A DNA stretch of 64,000 bases, taken from contig OZ001293.3 of NCBI GenBank assembly GCA_963921275.4, positions 5,568,001 to 5,632,000 of the forward strand, read 5' to 3'. Position numbers and translations under genes: made by a program. The DNA comes from an uncultured Hormoscilla sp. GTDB taxonomy: Bacteria; Cyanobacteriota; Cyanobacteriia; Cyanobacteriales; Desertifilaceae. Under the pieces are notes generated by a model. That model did not search any database, was not told where the DNA came from, and was given only the letters and a program-made list of their open reading frames with translations. Positions 27,353-39,039 of the stretch are shown piece after piece (position 1 is the stretch's first letter; each line of letters begins with the position of its first letter).

Positions 27353-27783
27353 AGTATAACATCAGCATCTTTCGACGCTGAAGGCCACAGCCAGCAAAGC
27401 TCTTGGCGTAACACGCTACCGGGCTACTGGTCCTGCGAGCGCTTATAGTTAGCAGCCAGGGCTAGCCATCGGTCTGCTTTTTTCTAGCTTAGTGGACTTG
27501 CCTCGCAAAAAGCAAGTAATATATCGGATTTGCCGCTCTCAAGTAAGACGAGCGCCTGCTTGGCGCCATAATACGGAACTCCCGAGAGTATGCAAGTAAC
27601 CCGCAAAATGGAACTCTCGCAGGGTCCGATTACCCCAAATATGCCCAGATCTGTAAGTTTTTGAGCACTTGGTCGCAACTCTGTTTGCATCTAGAATTTG
27701 GTGCCCAGACCAGAGGAGGGGCTGTGTCGAGTGCCCCTTAATTTTCCTGCCCGCAACGTCCGATACGTTGCACCGGTGTAGCC

Positions 27784-28038
27784 CTAGATGCCTTGACGAG
27801 ACGCCAGCTTTTCAAAATTGGCCTGAGTTTGCTGTAGGAGCTGTTCTCGGCTATTTGTGGTTTGCTTGAGACTGGGGACCAGGTTGCGAGATTGTAGGGC
27901 CATGTGAAGCTGAAGATGGGCTACATACTCGCTGAAGCCTTCACTCGATATTGGGTTTTGGGTTTGTAGTTGATGTCTATTCAAGGTGTTCTCCTTCCCT
28001 AACGCGGCGTCATTGCCAACATCAATAGATGTTATCAC
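27784..28038 (-). CDS. Small conserved cyanobacterial hypothetical protein (start uncertain)
   Basis: FSEYVAHLQLHMALQSRNLVP..REQLLQQTQANFEK. Confidence 0.65.
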   Translation of the reverse strand: MITSIDVGNDAALGKENTLNRHQLQTQNPISSEGFSEYVAHLQLHMALQSRNLVPSLKQTTNSREQLLQQTQANFEKLASRQGI

Positions 28039-28374
28039 GCCCCTGAGACCCTCTGGACTAGTTCTTAATGAAGCTTAACTTTTTGCTGCTCTTTTATTAA
28101 CTTTTATAATGGTATCTAACATTTTTGCTAGTTTCGCTTAAGTTATGGTATAGGAGATTATCTGGTGCTAGGGACCGCTATGCCAGTTGGCAAGGGAGAC
28201 CGGGCGGGCGATCGCCATTATTTGACGATAAAGTCAACAGCAGTGCTGGTTGAATAATGTTATGCTCAAAGAGCCCGTTCTGAGAAAGCATGACAAATTG
28301 AAAATTGAAAATTGAAAATTGAAAAACTAACAACTGACAACTAACAACTAACAACTGACAAGGAGAGAAAGGAC

Positions 28375-29055
28375 ATGAAAAAAGATTTTGCAGTTGTGAT
28401 GTATCTGCTGCGGGAACGGCAGCAGTTTCTGGAAGAAATTAGCCAAGGGGTAAAGCTTAAATCTAAATTCTTAGGTCTGCTGATTTCTAGTTCGACATTT
28501 TTTGCCATCTATGGCCTGATAATGGGAGCATCCAGTAGTTGGTATCAAGCACTGGTTTCAGCGATCAAGTTGCCCGCCCTCTACTTGCTGACGGCCCTGA
28601 TCTGCTTTCCGACATTATACTTTTTCAATGTCATGTTTGGGGCGAAGCGAACTTTCGAGCAGTATTTGACTTTGCTGATGACGGCGATGTCATTAATTAG
28701 CGTTTTAATGTTTGGGTTTGCCCCGGTAGCGCTGTTTTTCCTGCTGAGTACGGACAATTACCTATTTTTTCTGTTGCTGAATGTGGCAATTCTCGGACTA
28801 ACGGGATTTTTGGGAGTTGATTTTTTCTATCAAGGCATGAAATTTCTTGCCGAGCAAGATAGCGAGGGTTGGGAACTCGGTTCTCAAATTTTGCTCTTAT
28901 GGTTGCTCCTTTATGCTTTTGTAGGCTGTCAATTAGAATGGATATTGAGACCTTTTTTCGGCTCCCCGGGATCGCCTTTCCAGCTTTTTCGCGAACTGGA
29001 AAGCAATTTTTATGTTGCCATAATCAAAGCGATATACTCTCTGTTCGGGTATTAA
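28375..29055 (+). CDS. Multi-pass membrane hypothetical protein
   Basis: Five to six TM segments, SAIKLPALYL, LRPFFG..F.LFR; preceded by AGGAG and heptamer repeats. Confidence 0.8.
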   Translation: MKKDFAVVMYLLRERQQFLEEISQGVKLKSKFLGLLISSSTFFAIYGLIMGASSSWYQALVSAIKLPALYLLTALICFPTLYFFNVMFGAKRTFEQYLTLLMTAMSLISVLMFGFAPVALFFLLSTDNYLFFLLLNVAILGLTGFLGVDFFYQGMKFLAEQDSEGWELGSQILLLWLLLYAFVGCQLEWILRPFFGSPGSPFQLFRELESNFYVAIIKAIYSLFGY

Positions 29056-29081
29056 CTTAAATCTCTATTTAGCAGCAAATC

Positions 29082-29756
29082 ATGCAACAGGATTTGGCGG
29101 ATTTACAAATTACAGAAAAACAGGTAGAATCGTTAAGTGGCCTACCATGGGAGGAGGCGTTAGTCGGGAATTTATACAGCGGTGGGGTAGCACTCCTGGG
29201 AAAGCAGCTATTGGCATTTGCTCTCACTTTAATTATTTCTCTGCCCCTGGCATTACTCCTGACTAAAAATAGCAGTTATGGGCCGGAAGATTCTCAGGCG
29301 ATCGCCCAGCTGTTAAGCATCACCTTGAGGTTATCATTGGGTCTCACTTTGGGGTGGAATATCTATATGTGGAGGAAAGCCAAGCCTCTGAAAACTCTGG
29401 CGCGTCTGCTGGATGAAGTTAACAAATATTGCCAAGTGATTAAAGCTGTAGATATTATCGATAAACTAACAGCAGCGGGCAACTTGGAAGCAAGTTTGAT
29501 TAACCGCGAGGAGGTAATGGATGCGCTGCTGGTGACTAGAGACAGTTTAACTTCGGCGTTGCAGACAGAAAGAATTCTCAGAGAAAACCAGGATTTTATT
29601 AGCAGTCACTATCAGTTATTTGCTAATCTGGAAAATCAGCTAGCCGCCTTGATGGCATTAGAGGTGAGCAACCAAGCAAGTGAATATGGGAGGTTACTGA
29701 ATGAAGCATTAGAAATTGGCATGAGCGTGCAGCGAGAAATGCGAAAATTACGGTAG
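29082..29756 (+). CDS. Membrane-anchored coiled-coil hypothetical protein
   Basis: Two TM segments then ALQTERILREN..EYGRLLNEALEIG. Confidence 0.75.
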   Translation: MQQDLADLQITEKQVESLSGLPWEEALVGNLYSGGVALLGKQLLAFALTLIISLPLALLLTKNSSYGPEDSQAIAQLLSITLRLSLGLTLGWNIYMWRKAKPLKTLARLLDEVNKYCQVIKAVDIIDKLTAAGNLEASLINREEVMDALLVTRDSLTSALQTERILRENQDFISSHYQLFANLENQLAALMALEVSNQASEYGRLLNEALEIGMSVQREMRKLR

Positions 29757-29781
29757 CATCTCGCTGTTGGGTTAATCTTGA

Positions 29782-29899
29782 ATTCCTTCACGCAGTCCGA
29801 TCGCGATTTTGCTATGCTTTTCAATCTGTCCCATCACCGGCTTGGCCCACTGAATCACCACTGGGGGCAAACCTGCCAAACGCCCTGCTTCTATGCCAT
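29782..29899 (-). repeat. Duplicated 3' end of mutS
   Basis: 118 bp matching 36415-36532 with 7 mismatches ([27 protein letters not shown]). Confidence 0.92.
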
Positions 29900-29908
29900 T
29901 GACAATAA

Positions 29909-30654
29909 TTAATCTATGGCATAAACATCTTGGCCCTTGCCGATCGCATACCGGAGAGAATAAGATAAGTTTTTGCTGCACATGGTGGTAAAAATTAGTA
30001 GATTGACAAAGGAGAGCGCAGTAGCAAGGGCGAACATACTGCGATAATCCCATGAAGAAGCAACTAAGCCAAATGCTGGACCTGCGATCGCCATGCCAAA
30101 ATCCAACCCCCCCAGGCACAAACTAAACACGCGCCCCCGTTCGTTAGGGTAGCAGCGGTCTGCGCTCGTGGCAGACATTAGGGGCATAATCATACCAAAC
30201 CCTAACCCAAGTAAAGTGTATGGCATTACCGACGACAATCCACAAAGTTAGCATCCCCGTACAGCAGCAGAGAAATGCTAATAAGTAGCCCTGTGCCACA
30301 CCAAACGCTCAAGGGACCGATTGCTTTTCGACTGCATAAGCTAGCGATCGAACTGGCGGTATAGAACCAGCTGGAATTGAGAGCGACATTTAGATCTTTA
30401 ATAAATAAAGGAACGAAGGTTTCCCGGGCTGCAAAAACCACTCCTACTAAGAACAGCACTAGAGTAGGAATGCCGATGCTCTGACTGTTTAACCTACTCC
30501 AGAATTTGTCCTCTTTCGGCTGCGATGTCCGATTTTTCCGGAACGGTACCTGTTCTGTTTGAGGCACTGATGGTTCTCTGACTTGTAAGCCACAGACTAG
30601 ACTCAATAATCCTAACCCGGAGGTGAAGAGAAATAAAGTCGAATAACCGAATGA
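29909..30654 (-). pseudogene. MFS transporter paralog, 3' half only, frameshifted
   Basis: Clearly homologous to 25037-25790; split into ORFs 30226-30606 and 29909-30238. Confidence 0.85.
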
Positions 30655-30844
30655 TAAAGCAAAGCATCGCCCGATCGGGAAAATGAGATAATCACATTTT
30701 GTAAAGGTTGGCTACAATACCCTCGTTGCTAGTTTCGGTCCTAGCAACGATTTTCAGCAGGCAAAGCCTCATAAGAAAACAGGAGGCAGAGCCTCAAGAT
30801 GTTCGTTACCTGTCAGAGGCAGGGAACGAGAAAACTTCTGGCGG

Positions 30845-31864
30845 TTAGGAAGACTGCTGGCCACTACTATCTTCACTACTTTCTTCCGCCGGAGTCAGGC
30901 GATCGCGTAGCGAGAAATCGAGCACCACCTCGAACTCTGATAAAGAGGCTACCGTCACCGATCGCTGGTGAAGCTCCCGCAGCAGAGAAGCATCGTTCAG
31001 TTTATTGATGCGATCGGCTATTTGCTCGGGCACAGAAGAAAATTTCAGAACGAGGATATCGATTATATCCTCTCGACGAGAACGTAGCACTCCCGTTTCC
31101 AGTCCTCGTTCCATTGCATCTTGCGAGCAAGGCATCATTACATACGGCATCTCTTTTTCCTCCAAGAAACGATCCAATTGAAGTTGAAATTCCCGCTCTA
31201 AATTCTCTGGCAATCGCATCATCCAGTAGACTAGCCGTAACAGGTTGCGAATTTTTCGTTCGCTATATCCTACCGACAACAGCCCTTTAGTTACCCTGGT
31301 TTTCCATTCTAAGCGTTTCCGGGCGTCCTGACGCGTGGCCATTGTTTTCAGATGGGCCATCACCATTACTGCAAAAGGATTAGTGCTGTTTTCCAACACA
31401 GACCATTGGTTTTGGTAGTCCAGTAGCTTGACTATAGGATAGGACCTGGATGTGCTGTTTTTCCAAATTGTAGATACAAACTCTTGGGGTCGCCAACTCG
31501 GTCTGTCATCCCCTAATATTACCAAGCTGGCCACTGGCGCATCGTAGCGCAACTCGATGAGGCTGTTGTAAATATGTATCCGTTTGGGGAAGTCTACTTC
31601 GTACTCACTTTGGACTTCTACATGCACTAGCACATTTATCGGAGAACCGTTCTGCCGCCAGATCTTGACTAGGATATCTGCCAAACGCCTGCCCACTTTC
31701 GCCTCGGGAACGATTTTTTGCAGTTCTGTATTCAGAATTTCATAGCCGCGATCCCAGTCTATGTCTGCATAAGCTTCTGGATAAAAAAATTCCATGCAGG
31801 CCGGGAAATAGTCAATCATTGCCTGTTTCCAGGGGCCGTCATAATCCGCCGATAGATTCTCCAT
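30845..31864 (-). CDS. Rpn-like (recombination-promoting nuclease/putative transposase) protein, copy 1
   Basis: DYDGPWK..FFYP..IDW, RLADILVK, VLVHVEVQS; near-identical to 35320-36327. Confidence 0.8.
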   Translation of the reverse strand: MENLSADYDGPWKQAMIDYFPACMEFFYPEAYADIDWDRGYEILNTELQKIVPEAKVGRRLADILVKIWRQNGSPINVLVHVEVQSEYEVDFPKRIHIYNSLIELRYDAPVASLVILGDDRPSWRPQEFVSTIWKNSTSRSYPIVKLLDYQNQWSVLENSTNPFAVMVMAHLKTMATRQDARKRLEWKTRVTKGLLSVGYSERKIRNLLRLVYWMMRLPENLEREFQLQLDRFLEEKEMPYVMMPCSQDAMERGLETGVLRSRREDIIDILVLKFSSVPEQIADRINKLNDASLLRELHQRSVTVASLSEFEVVLDFSLRDRLTPAEESSEDSSGQQSS

Positions 31865-32063
31865 TTTTATTCTACACCTTTCCTCTCCAACTAGATCGCG
31901 GTTGGGTAACGTTGCGGAAACCCAACCTACATTTCTCGTTCCCAGGTGGAACCTGGGAACGACATGGGGAGGCTCTGCCTCCTATTTTACCATTGGGTAA
32001 ATCTTATATCTACTATCATTAGAACCGGAGGCAGAGTCTCAAGATGTTCGTTCCCTGCCAGAG

Positions 32064-35000
32064 TCAGGGAACGAGAGGAATGCCCAAACTGGGCAAACTA
32101 TTAACTATTTGTACAGTTTCCAGACTCACGGTAATGACCTGTCCAATTAACCGCACAATATATTGTTCGTCATCCAGGCGGTTCGGGTCGTTGACGATGC
32201 CGCTGCGTTTATCTATTTTGACCCGATATTGGTCGATAATCCAGTCTAAGGCAGAACGGTTCCCCAAACGATATGCAAATGCTGCGGGAGGAATACCGCT
32301 GAGGGTGAGAAACTCATTGTAGATCAGTTGGGTTTTATCTTTGCTGAGTCTCATTTTTTCCACCCGCCAATTCAGGGGAACGTCCTTATTTTCGATCCAG
32401 TTGAGGGGATATTCCGGTTGTTGTTCGTAGTTGAGGTGCAGTTCTGCTAAACGTTTACCTGCTTGGGCAAAGGCGTGAAAGTCAGGGGCGTAGGGAATGC
32501 GGGGTAATTCCCGTTTTAGGTTGGCTGCGTAGCGTTGGCGATAGATTGGATGGTGGAGAATGCCGTAGATGTAGTAGAAGATATCCCATTTGGTAATTGT
32601 ATCTTCTTGGTAGTGGCGGCGATATTCCGTTAGCGCCCAGTCGGTGATGTTTTCTTGGCGGTTGCTTCCGTCTTCGTCGTAAGTGTAGAAGGGGAAGCAT
32701 TGCGAATCACCTGTCAGATGTAAATCTGCAATAATATGAACTATCAAGCAATGAAACATCTTATTATTTCCTGCTGTCCTCACACAAATAACACGATTTT
32801 CGCGTTCAGTATCAGGAGTGGGCAATATGTAGGGAAATTGACCGCGCCGATCGTTTAAGTAGTCGTCAAAATAAATAAATGAAGTGATAAATGGTCGATA
32901 AAGTGACGCTCTAATGCAATTAGTATTGTATTGCAGTGTAATTCCTCGATTTAAATATTTCTTCAAGGTTGACGACCAGTTAATTTTGCTATCATCGCCA
33001 GTGACAAAATTATCTAGTAGGAATTTTAGATCGCTTTTCTGACTCCATCTTACCATCTGTTCGTTATAAGTGGCCATCGTGCATTTAATCTTTTCTGCTA
33101 ACTCCTCGCGATTAAAATTATAAGCCCAAGCATCGCGGTTTGTAACAACTCCTAGACTAAATAACTTAAAAATTACTCCTTCCTCCATATGGGACGATTT
33201 GATTTTCTTGTCTCCCATCGGTATAAAAGTTTCAAATTCATCCTGCAACCCTTCCGTAAACCAGGTATATTTGCGCTCGGGCTTAATTAATTGCCAGTCA
33301 AGCGGATATATACTCCCAGATTTCTCAATTAATTCAAATTTTTCCTTACGGGTTGCTTTCCAATCTACCGCACTGTAAAGTATTTCATGTTCATCTGTAT
33401 CTTTGCGTTTGATCAGAAAGGTTACACTGATGCCTACCATCGCTGCCAAGCCAAATACCGTATGTTTTTCACCAATAGGTATTCCTTCCCGCATTGAGTA
33501 TTTTCTGACATTACCCTTTAAATCCAAAACATAGATACGATTAAATTCTTTCTGGAGATGTTTGCGCATCCCATCAAAAGAAATATCGGTAACAAAACTG
33601 TTATTAGTAACAAATGCCACAATCCCTTCATCTCCTATTCTATCCGATGCCCAGCGAATTGCTTTGACATAGGGATCGAAGAGAGAATTTCTTAATGTCG
33701 CTTGCGAGTCTTTAGAATATGTTTCTCTCACCCTGCTGTCCACCTCTTCATATTTGCGATTCTTATTATTATCGTTCTCATTGACTTGCGCTTTATTATA
33801 AGGCGGGTTGCCAATGACCACAAAAATGGGAGATTGTCTTTGCCTTTTCACCCGGGCCGTATTCTCCGGCGTAAATAAGGATAACTGCTGTACCTGCTGG
33901 TCGGAAAAGGTATCCACCATGCAGATCCCTTCAAAGGGTTTATAGCTTCCCGTCGCCTGCAAATATTCATGCTCGATATTCATCGACGCGATATAATAGG
34001 GCAGCAGCATCACCTCATTGCAGTGTAACTCATGCTCGTACTTATGGGGAAGTGCAGTTTTTCTGATTTCCCGCATCACCCGCATGATAAAGTTTCCCGT
34101 ACCCACAAAGGGATCGAGAATATGCACTCCCTTGTCACTCAAAGATTTGCCAAACTCCCGTTGCAGAATCTCTTCCACACTCTTGACCATAAAATTCACG
34201 ATCGGTTGCGGCGTGTAGACTATCCCATGGGTATCCGCCACCTTCACTGCAAATCCTTGGAAAAACTTCTCGTAAACTGTATTCAGGAAATGCTGCTTTT
34301 CGCTATAATCTTCTATGGTGGCCGCCGTTGACTCCAAGGCCCGGTAGAAATAGTCCACATCTCCCAGGAAATGATCCCGACTAAAGGACTTGGAGGTGAG
34401 GGCATTAATCACCTTCTCTATTTCTACGGCAATTATATTCCGGCGGGTAAAATCGGGATTATCGAAGATGCGACGAAAAATCCGTTCCGTCAGCAAATGC
34501 TGAATCAGCATTTCTTCTATGGCCGCTTCTGCTATATTCGGATTAATCGCTTCCCGACAGATTTCGGCAAAATTATGGAAAGCTTGAATAAAATTACGAT
34601 TAGTTTTCTTTTGTTTCGCAATGAGATCGATCAGTTTTCCCGCCAAGTCTCGCACCCGGTTGCCAAACTCCATCGCCGCTACCTCCCACTGTTCGATCTC
34701 GGGGGTCCGATACTCAAAGAACAGCTTCAGGGTTTCGACTAGATGCTGGGGTTTCCTGATATCCCGATCGCATATTTGCTTTCCCCCTTGCCAGAGAATC
34801 GCCCGAGCGGGTGCTTGAAAGAGAATATTATCATGAGGATAGCCCCATGCCAACTTCTTTTTCACCTCTGCTGCCAAATTATCCTGACTATCTTTCGCTT
34901 CCCAGAACCCGTGGCGGAGGGTATCCTCTCGTACCAGTTCCCCATCCACCTGGATGCGCTTGTGGGTCAACTTAACCGTTTTTTCCAGTACCAAAGTCCA

Positions 35001-35150
35001 ATTAAACTGCTGACAGCAAGCTTTCAGGAGATCGGCAAAAGCATCTCTGACTGCCATTTCGTGGTCAACACCTAGCCGTGCAAATTGCTGCAATGCTTGG
35101 TAATAGGCTTTAACGGGTTTGTGAGTCGGTTTGAGGTTCAAGGTTTCCAT
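32064..35150 (-). CDS. Single-chain restriction-modification enzyme (nuclease + N6 MTase + type ISP-like C-terminal specificity domain, no helicase)
   Basis: DG..FWEAKD nuclease-like motif, GIVYTPQPIV, DPFVGTGNF, IGNPPY, YRPF, YRLGNRSALDWIIDQY; likely start METLNLK at 35150. Confidence 0.88.
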   Translation of the reverse strand: METLNLKPTHKPVKAYYQALQQFARLGVDHEMAVRDAFADLLKACCQQFNWTLVLEKTVKLTHKRIQVDGELVREDTLRHGFWEAKDSQDNLAAEVKKKLAWGYPHDNILFQAPARAILWQGGKQICDRDIRKPQHLVETLKLFFEYRTPEIEQWEVAAMEFGNRVRDLAGKLIDLIAKQKKTNRNFIQAFHNFAEICREAINPNIAEAAIEEMLIQHLLTERIFRRIFDNPDFTRRNIIAVEIEKVINALTSKSFSRDHFLGDVDYFYRALESTAATIEDYSEKQHFLNTVYEKFFQGFAVKVADTHGIVYTPQPIVNFMVKSVEEILQREFGKSLSDKGVHILDPFVGTGNFIMRVMREIRKTALPHKYEHELHCNEVMLLPYYIASMNIEHEYLQATGSYKPFEGICMVDTFSDQQVQQLSLFTPENTARVKRQRQSPIFVVIGNPPYNKAQVNENDNNKNRKYEEVDSRVRETYSKDSQATLRNSLFDPYVKAIRWASDRIGDEGIVAFVTNNSFVTDISFDGMRKHLQKEFNRIYVLDLKGNVRKYSMREGIPIGEKHTVFGLAAMVGISVTFLIKRKDTDEHEILYSAVDWKATRKEKFELIEKSGSIYPLDWQLIKPERKYTWFTEGLQDEFETFIPMGDKKIKSSHMEEGVIFKLFSLGVVTNRDAWAYNFNREELAEKIKCTMATYNEQMVRWSQKSDLKFLLDNFVTGDDSKINWSSTLKKYLNRGITLQYNTNCIRASLYRPFITSFIYFDDYLNDRRGQFPYILPTPDTERENRVICVRTAGNNKMFHCLIVHIIADLHLTGDSQCFPFYTYDEDGSNRQENITDWALTEYRRHYQEDTITKWDIFYYIYGILHHPIYRQRYAANLKRELPRIPYAPDFHAFAQAGKRLAELHLNYEQQPEYPLNWIENKDVPLNWRVEKMRLSKDKTQLIYNEFLTLSGIPPAAFAYRLGNRSALDWIIDQYRVKIDKRSGIVNDPNRLDDEQYIVRLIGQVITVSLETVQIVNSLPSLGIPLVP

Positions 35151-35319
35151 GGGTTGTACCTGTTTTCTGGGATATTTAGGGACATGATATACATGCTCAT
35201 ATATTTTGGCGAGCTTGTGCAACTGTTTCCCGAGCGCGGTTGGGTTTCGTACCTCTACCCAACCGACATTTTTACTCTCGTTCCCTGCCAGAGTCAGGGA
35301 ACGAGAAAACTTCTGGCGG

Positions 35320-36327
35320 TTAGGAAGACTGCTGGCCACTACCATCTTCACTACTTTCTTCCGTCGGAGTCAGGCGATCGCGTAGCGAGAAATCGAGCAC
35401 TACCTCGAACTCTGATAGGGAAGCTACCGTCACCGATCGCTGGTGAAGCTCCCGCAGCAGAGAAGCATCGTTCAGTTTATTGATGCGATCGGCTATTTGC
35501 TCGGGCACAGAAGAAAATTTCAGAACGAGGATATCGATTATATCCTCTCGACGGGAAAGCAAGGAGCCCCGTTCCATTGCATCTTGCGAGCAAGGCATCA
35601 TTACATACGGCATCTCTTTTTCCTCCAAGAAACGATCTAATTGAAGTTGAAATTCCCGCTCTAAATTCTCTGGCAGTCGCATCATCCAGTATACTAGCCG
35701 TAACAGGTTGCGAATTTCCCGTTCGCTATATCCTACCGACAACAGCCCTTTGGTTACTCTGGTTTTCCATTCCAAGCGTTTCTGGGCGTCCTGGCGCGTG
35801 GCCATTGTTTTCAGATGAGCCATCACCATCACCGCAAAGGGATTAGTGCTATTTTCCAACACAGACCATTGGTTTTGGTAGTCCAGTAGCTTGACTATAG
35901 GATAGGACCTGGATGTGCTGTTTTTCCAAATTGTAGATACAAACTCTTGGGGTCGCCAACTCGGTCTGTCATCCCCTAATATTACCAAGCTGGCCACTGG
36001 CGCATCGTAGCGCAACTCGATGAGGCTGTTGTAAATATGTATCCGTTTGGGGAAGTCTACTTCGTACTCACTTTGGACTTCTACATGCACTAGCACATTT
36101 ATCGGAGAACCGTTCTGCCGCCAGACCTTGACTAGGATATCTGCCAAACGCCTGCCCACTTTCGCCTCGGGAACGATTTTTTGCAGTTCTGTATTCAGAA
36201 TTTCATAGCCGCGATCCCAGTCTATGTCTGCATAAGCTTCTGGATAAAAAAATTCCATACAGGCCGGGAAATAGTCAATTAGCGCCTGTTTCCAGGGGCC
36301 GTCATAATCCGCCGATAGATTCTCCAT
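35320..36327 (-). CDS. Rpn-like protein, copy 2
   Basis: Direct-repeat paralog of 30845-31864, 4 aa shorter near ERG. Confidence 0.8.
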   Translation of the reverse strand: MENLSADYDGPWKQALIDYFPACMEFFYPEAYADIDWDRGYEILNTELQKIVPEAKVGRRLADILVKVWRQNGSPINVLVHVEVQSEYEVDFPKRIHIYNSLIELRYDAPVASLVILGDDRPSWRPQEFVSTIWKNSTSRSYPIVKLLDYQNQWSVLENSTNPFAVMVMAHLKTMATRQDAQKRLEWKTRVTKGLLSVGYSEREIRNLLRLVYWMMRLPENLEREFQLQLDRFLEEKEMPYVMMPCSQDAMERGSLLSRREDIIDILVLKFSSVPEQIADRINKLNDASLLRELHQRSVTVASLSEFEVVLDFSLRDRLTPTEESSEDGSGQQSS

Positions 36328-36410
36328 TTTTATTCTACACCTTTCCTCTCAATTCTACACCTTTCCTCTCAAACTACATCGCTGTTGGGTAAGTGACCAA
36401 TGGCCTAACC

Positions 36411-38990
36411 TTACATTCCTTCACGTAGCCCGATCGCGATTTTGCTATGCTTTTCAATCTGTCCCATGACCTGCTTGGCCCGCTGAATCACTACTGGAGG
36501 CAAACCTGCCAAACGCCCTGCTTCTATGCCATAGGATTTAGAAGCGCCTCCGGGTTGTACTTGATGCAAAAAGATAATCTCATTGGGCATTTCCTTGACT
36601 GTTACCTGGAAGTTTGCCACATTAGATAAAATGGAAGCTAGTTCGTTCAGTTCGTGATAGTGGGTAGCAAATATGGTTCGGGATTTGATTTCACCCGCCA
36701 GGTATTCTGCTACCGCCCAAGCAATAGAAAGACCGTCAAAGGTAGCCGTCCCTCTGCCTATTTCATCCAGCAGCACCAAAGACTGGGCCGTCGCGTGATT
36801 GAGGATATTGGCAGTTTCGTTCATTTCGACCATGAATGTAGATTGACCTGTGGCCAGGTCGTCCACCGCCCCCACTCGCGTGAAAATGCGATCGCACAGT
36901 CCCAGGGTCGCGGACTCTGCTGGCACAAAACTACCCACCTGGGCCATCAGTTGAATTAAGCCTACCTGTCGCAAATAGCAACTTTTCCCGCTAGCATTGG
37001 GACCAGTGAGGATGATTAAATCGGGAGATTCGTTGGAGATTTCTTTGCCCAGGGTAGTGGAATTGGGGACAAAGAAGTTAGCGGATAAAGTTTGTTCGAC
37101 CACGGGATGACGACCTTCTGCTATCGCGATCTCTCGACTTTCCATGATAGTGGGACGGCAATAACCCTGGATGACCGCAACTTCTGCTAAACTGCACAAG
37201 ACATCAATTGCGGCTACGGCCCGGGAAACATTTCTAATTACTGGGGCTTTTTCTCCCACTTCGGTCCGGAGATTGACGAATATATCGTACTCTAATTGAT
37301 TGAGATCCTCCCGGGCCGTGAGAATTCGCGCTTCCCGTTCCTTCAACTCTTGGGTAATATAGCGTTCTTCATTAACTAGGGTTTGCTTGCGAGTGTAATC
37401 ATCGGGAACCTGGTCCGCTTTGGCCCGGGCGATGCTAATATAATAGCCGAAGGTTTTGTTATAGCCGACTTTCAGATTGCCAATGCCCGTCCGCTGTCTC
37501 TCTTGGCTTTCTAAATTAGCCAGCCACTTTTGGTCATCTGCCGCCGCCGCCCGCATTTCATCCAGCATTTCGTTTACCCCTGGTCGAATTAAACCCCCTT
37601 CTTTTAACTGCTGGGGAGGCGGTTCTACCAGATAGGTTTTAATTTCTTGCGCCAACTGTTCTAATTCCGGCGGAACTTGCTGTAAGGTTCTCAGGAAGGG
37701 TGAATAGGCATTAGTTGTTAATGTCGATAGATCCGGTAACTTGCCTAGGGATGAGGCCAGGGCGAAGAGATCCTTGGCATTGGCCCTACCAGAACCCGCC
37801 CGACCTGTTAACCTTTCGAGATCGTAAATTTGCCGCAACAGTTGCCGTAGGTTTTTGCGCAATTCTGTATTTTCTACTAATTCCTGAATCGTATCTTGGC
37901 GCGATCGAATCCCTTTGAGCTTCAGCAAAGGTTGCAGCAACCAGCGGCGCAAGGCCCGGCCTCCCATTGGCGTCGTCGTGCGATCGATCGCCCATAGCAT
38001 AGAACCGTGAAAACTGCCATCCCGAACGGTTTCAACAATTTCCAGGTTGCGGCGGGTTTGGTAATCGAGGATCAGAAAGTCCGTAGTAGAATAGGTGCGC
38101 AGCAGTTGCAGATTAACATGGCTTTGCTTTTGGGTTTCCTCCAGATATTCCAGCAGTCCCCCCGCAGCGCGCAGCCCCAAAGGTAACTGGTCGCAACCCA
38201 TCCCTTCGAGTGATCGCACGTTAAACTTATCCAAAAGTCGTTCCTTGGCCGAAGCCAAACTGAAGACATTTTGGGGACGCCAAGCGTAGCAAAAGGTCGA
38301 GGGCAGACATTCATGTAAATGTGAGGAAGCTTCTCCCGGACGCACCATCATCCCCGTCAAGTCTGGCATATTAGTAGGAACCAGAACTTCCGCAGGTTGC
38401 AAACGCATTAGTTCTTGAGTCAGATATTCCGTGTTACTGCCTTGGGTGGTGAGAAATTCTCCCGTAGAAATATCTGCATAAGCTAACCCCCAATTTACTC
38501 CAGCAATGACAACGGCTGCCAGGAAATTATTGCGACGCGGACTTAACATGCCCTCCTCAGTTAAAGTACCAGGGGTAAGCACTTGGGTCACCTCCCGCGT
38601 GACCATGCGGCGTTCGGCAGCAGCGGTAGCAGCATCTTCAGCTTGGTCGCAGATCACCAAGGGATAACCCTTTTCGACGATGTTGGTACTGTGACGATCG
38701 AGGGCGTGATGGGGAACTCCGGTCATAGGGACGCGGCCAATTTCCTTACCCCCCTCCTTGCTGGTGAGTACCAGTTCCAGTTCCCGAGAGATGGTCACCG
38801 CATCTAGGAAAAAGCACTCAAAGAAATCGCCCACCCGATATAGCAGCAGGGCGTGGGGGTATTTCTCCTTGACTTCCACATAATGCTGCAACATGGGCGT
38901 CAGCTTGCTGCGGTCCAGCAGCCGGTAGTCCGCGTTGGGAAGCAGATCGGTTGGAGATGATGTAGATGCAGAGTCGGAATGCTTCTTCAC
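36411..38990 (-). CDS. mutS: DNA mismatch repair protein MutS
   Basis: [60 protein letters not shown]. Confidence 0.98.
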   Translation of the reverse strand: MKKHSDSASTSSPTDLLPNADYRLLDRSKLTPMLQHYVEVKEKYPHALLLYRVGDFFECFFLDAVTISRELELVLTSKEGGKEIGRVPMTGVPHHALDRHSTNIVEKGYPLVICDQAEDAATAAAERRMVTREVTQVLTPGTLTEEGMLSPRRNNFLAAVVIAGVNWGLAYADISTGEFLTTQGSNTEYLTQELMRLQPAEVLVPTNMPDLTGMMVRPGEASSHLHECLPSTFCYAWRPQNVFSLASAKERLLDKFNVRSLEGMGCDQLPLGLRAAGGLLEYLEETQKQSHVNLQLLRTYSTTDFLILDYQTRRNLEIVETVRDGSFHGSMLWAIDRTTTPMGGRALRRWLLQPLLKLKGIRSRQDTIQELVENTELRKNLRQLLRQIYDLERLTGRAGSGRANAKDLFALASSLGKLPDLSTLTTNAYSPFLRTLQQVPPELEQLAQEIKTYLVEPPPQQLKEGGLIRPGVNEMLDEMRAAAADDQKWLANLESQERQRTGIGNLKVGYNKTFGYYISIARAKADQVPDDYTRKQTLVNEERYITQELKEREARILTAREDLNQLEYDIFVNLRTEVGEKAPVIRNVSRAVAAIDVLCSLAEVAVIQGYCRPTIMESREIAIAEGRHPVVEQTLSANFFVPNSTTLGKEISNESPDLIILTGPNASGKSCYLRQVGLIQLMAQVGSFVPAESATLGLCDRIFTRVGAVDDLATGQSTFMVEMNETANILNHATAQSLVLLDEIGRGTATFDGLSIAWAVAEYLAGEIKSRTIFATHYHELNELASILSNVANFQVTVKEMPNEIIFLHQVQPGGASKSYGIEAGRLAGLPPVVIQRAKQVMGQIEKHSKIAIGLREGM

Positions 38991-39039
38991 GGGTCAGACT
39001 TGGCGATCGGTTTCTACAGACTTTATCATAATCGGTATC

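Noticed and set aside
27360..27780. Possible structured ncRNA (e.g. 6S RNA) in the long intergenic region
   Set aside because: I could not recognise a family motif or a convincing fold by eye; needs an Rfam scan.
28295..28360. AAAATTG and AACTRAC heptamer runs (also ~24893-24990, 43614-43645)
   Set aside because: Common short tandem repeats of filamentous cyanobacteria; not novel.
35151..35351. N-terminal 67-aa extension of the RM enzyme in the ORF track
   Set aside because: It runs through the Rpn gene end and intergenic repeats; METLNLK at 35150 is the more plausible start.
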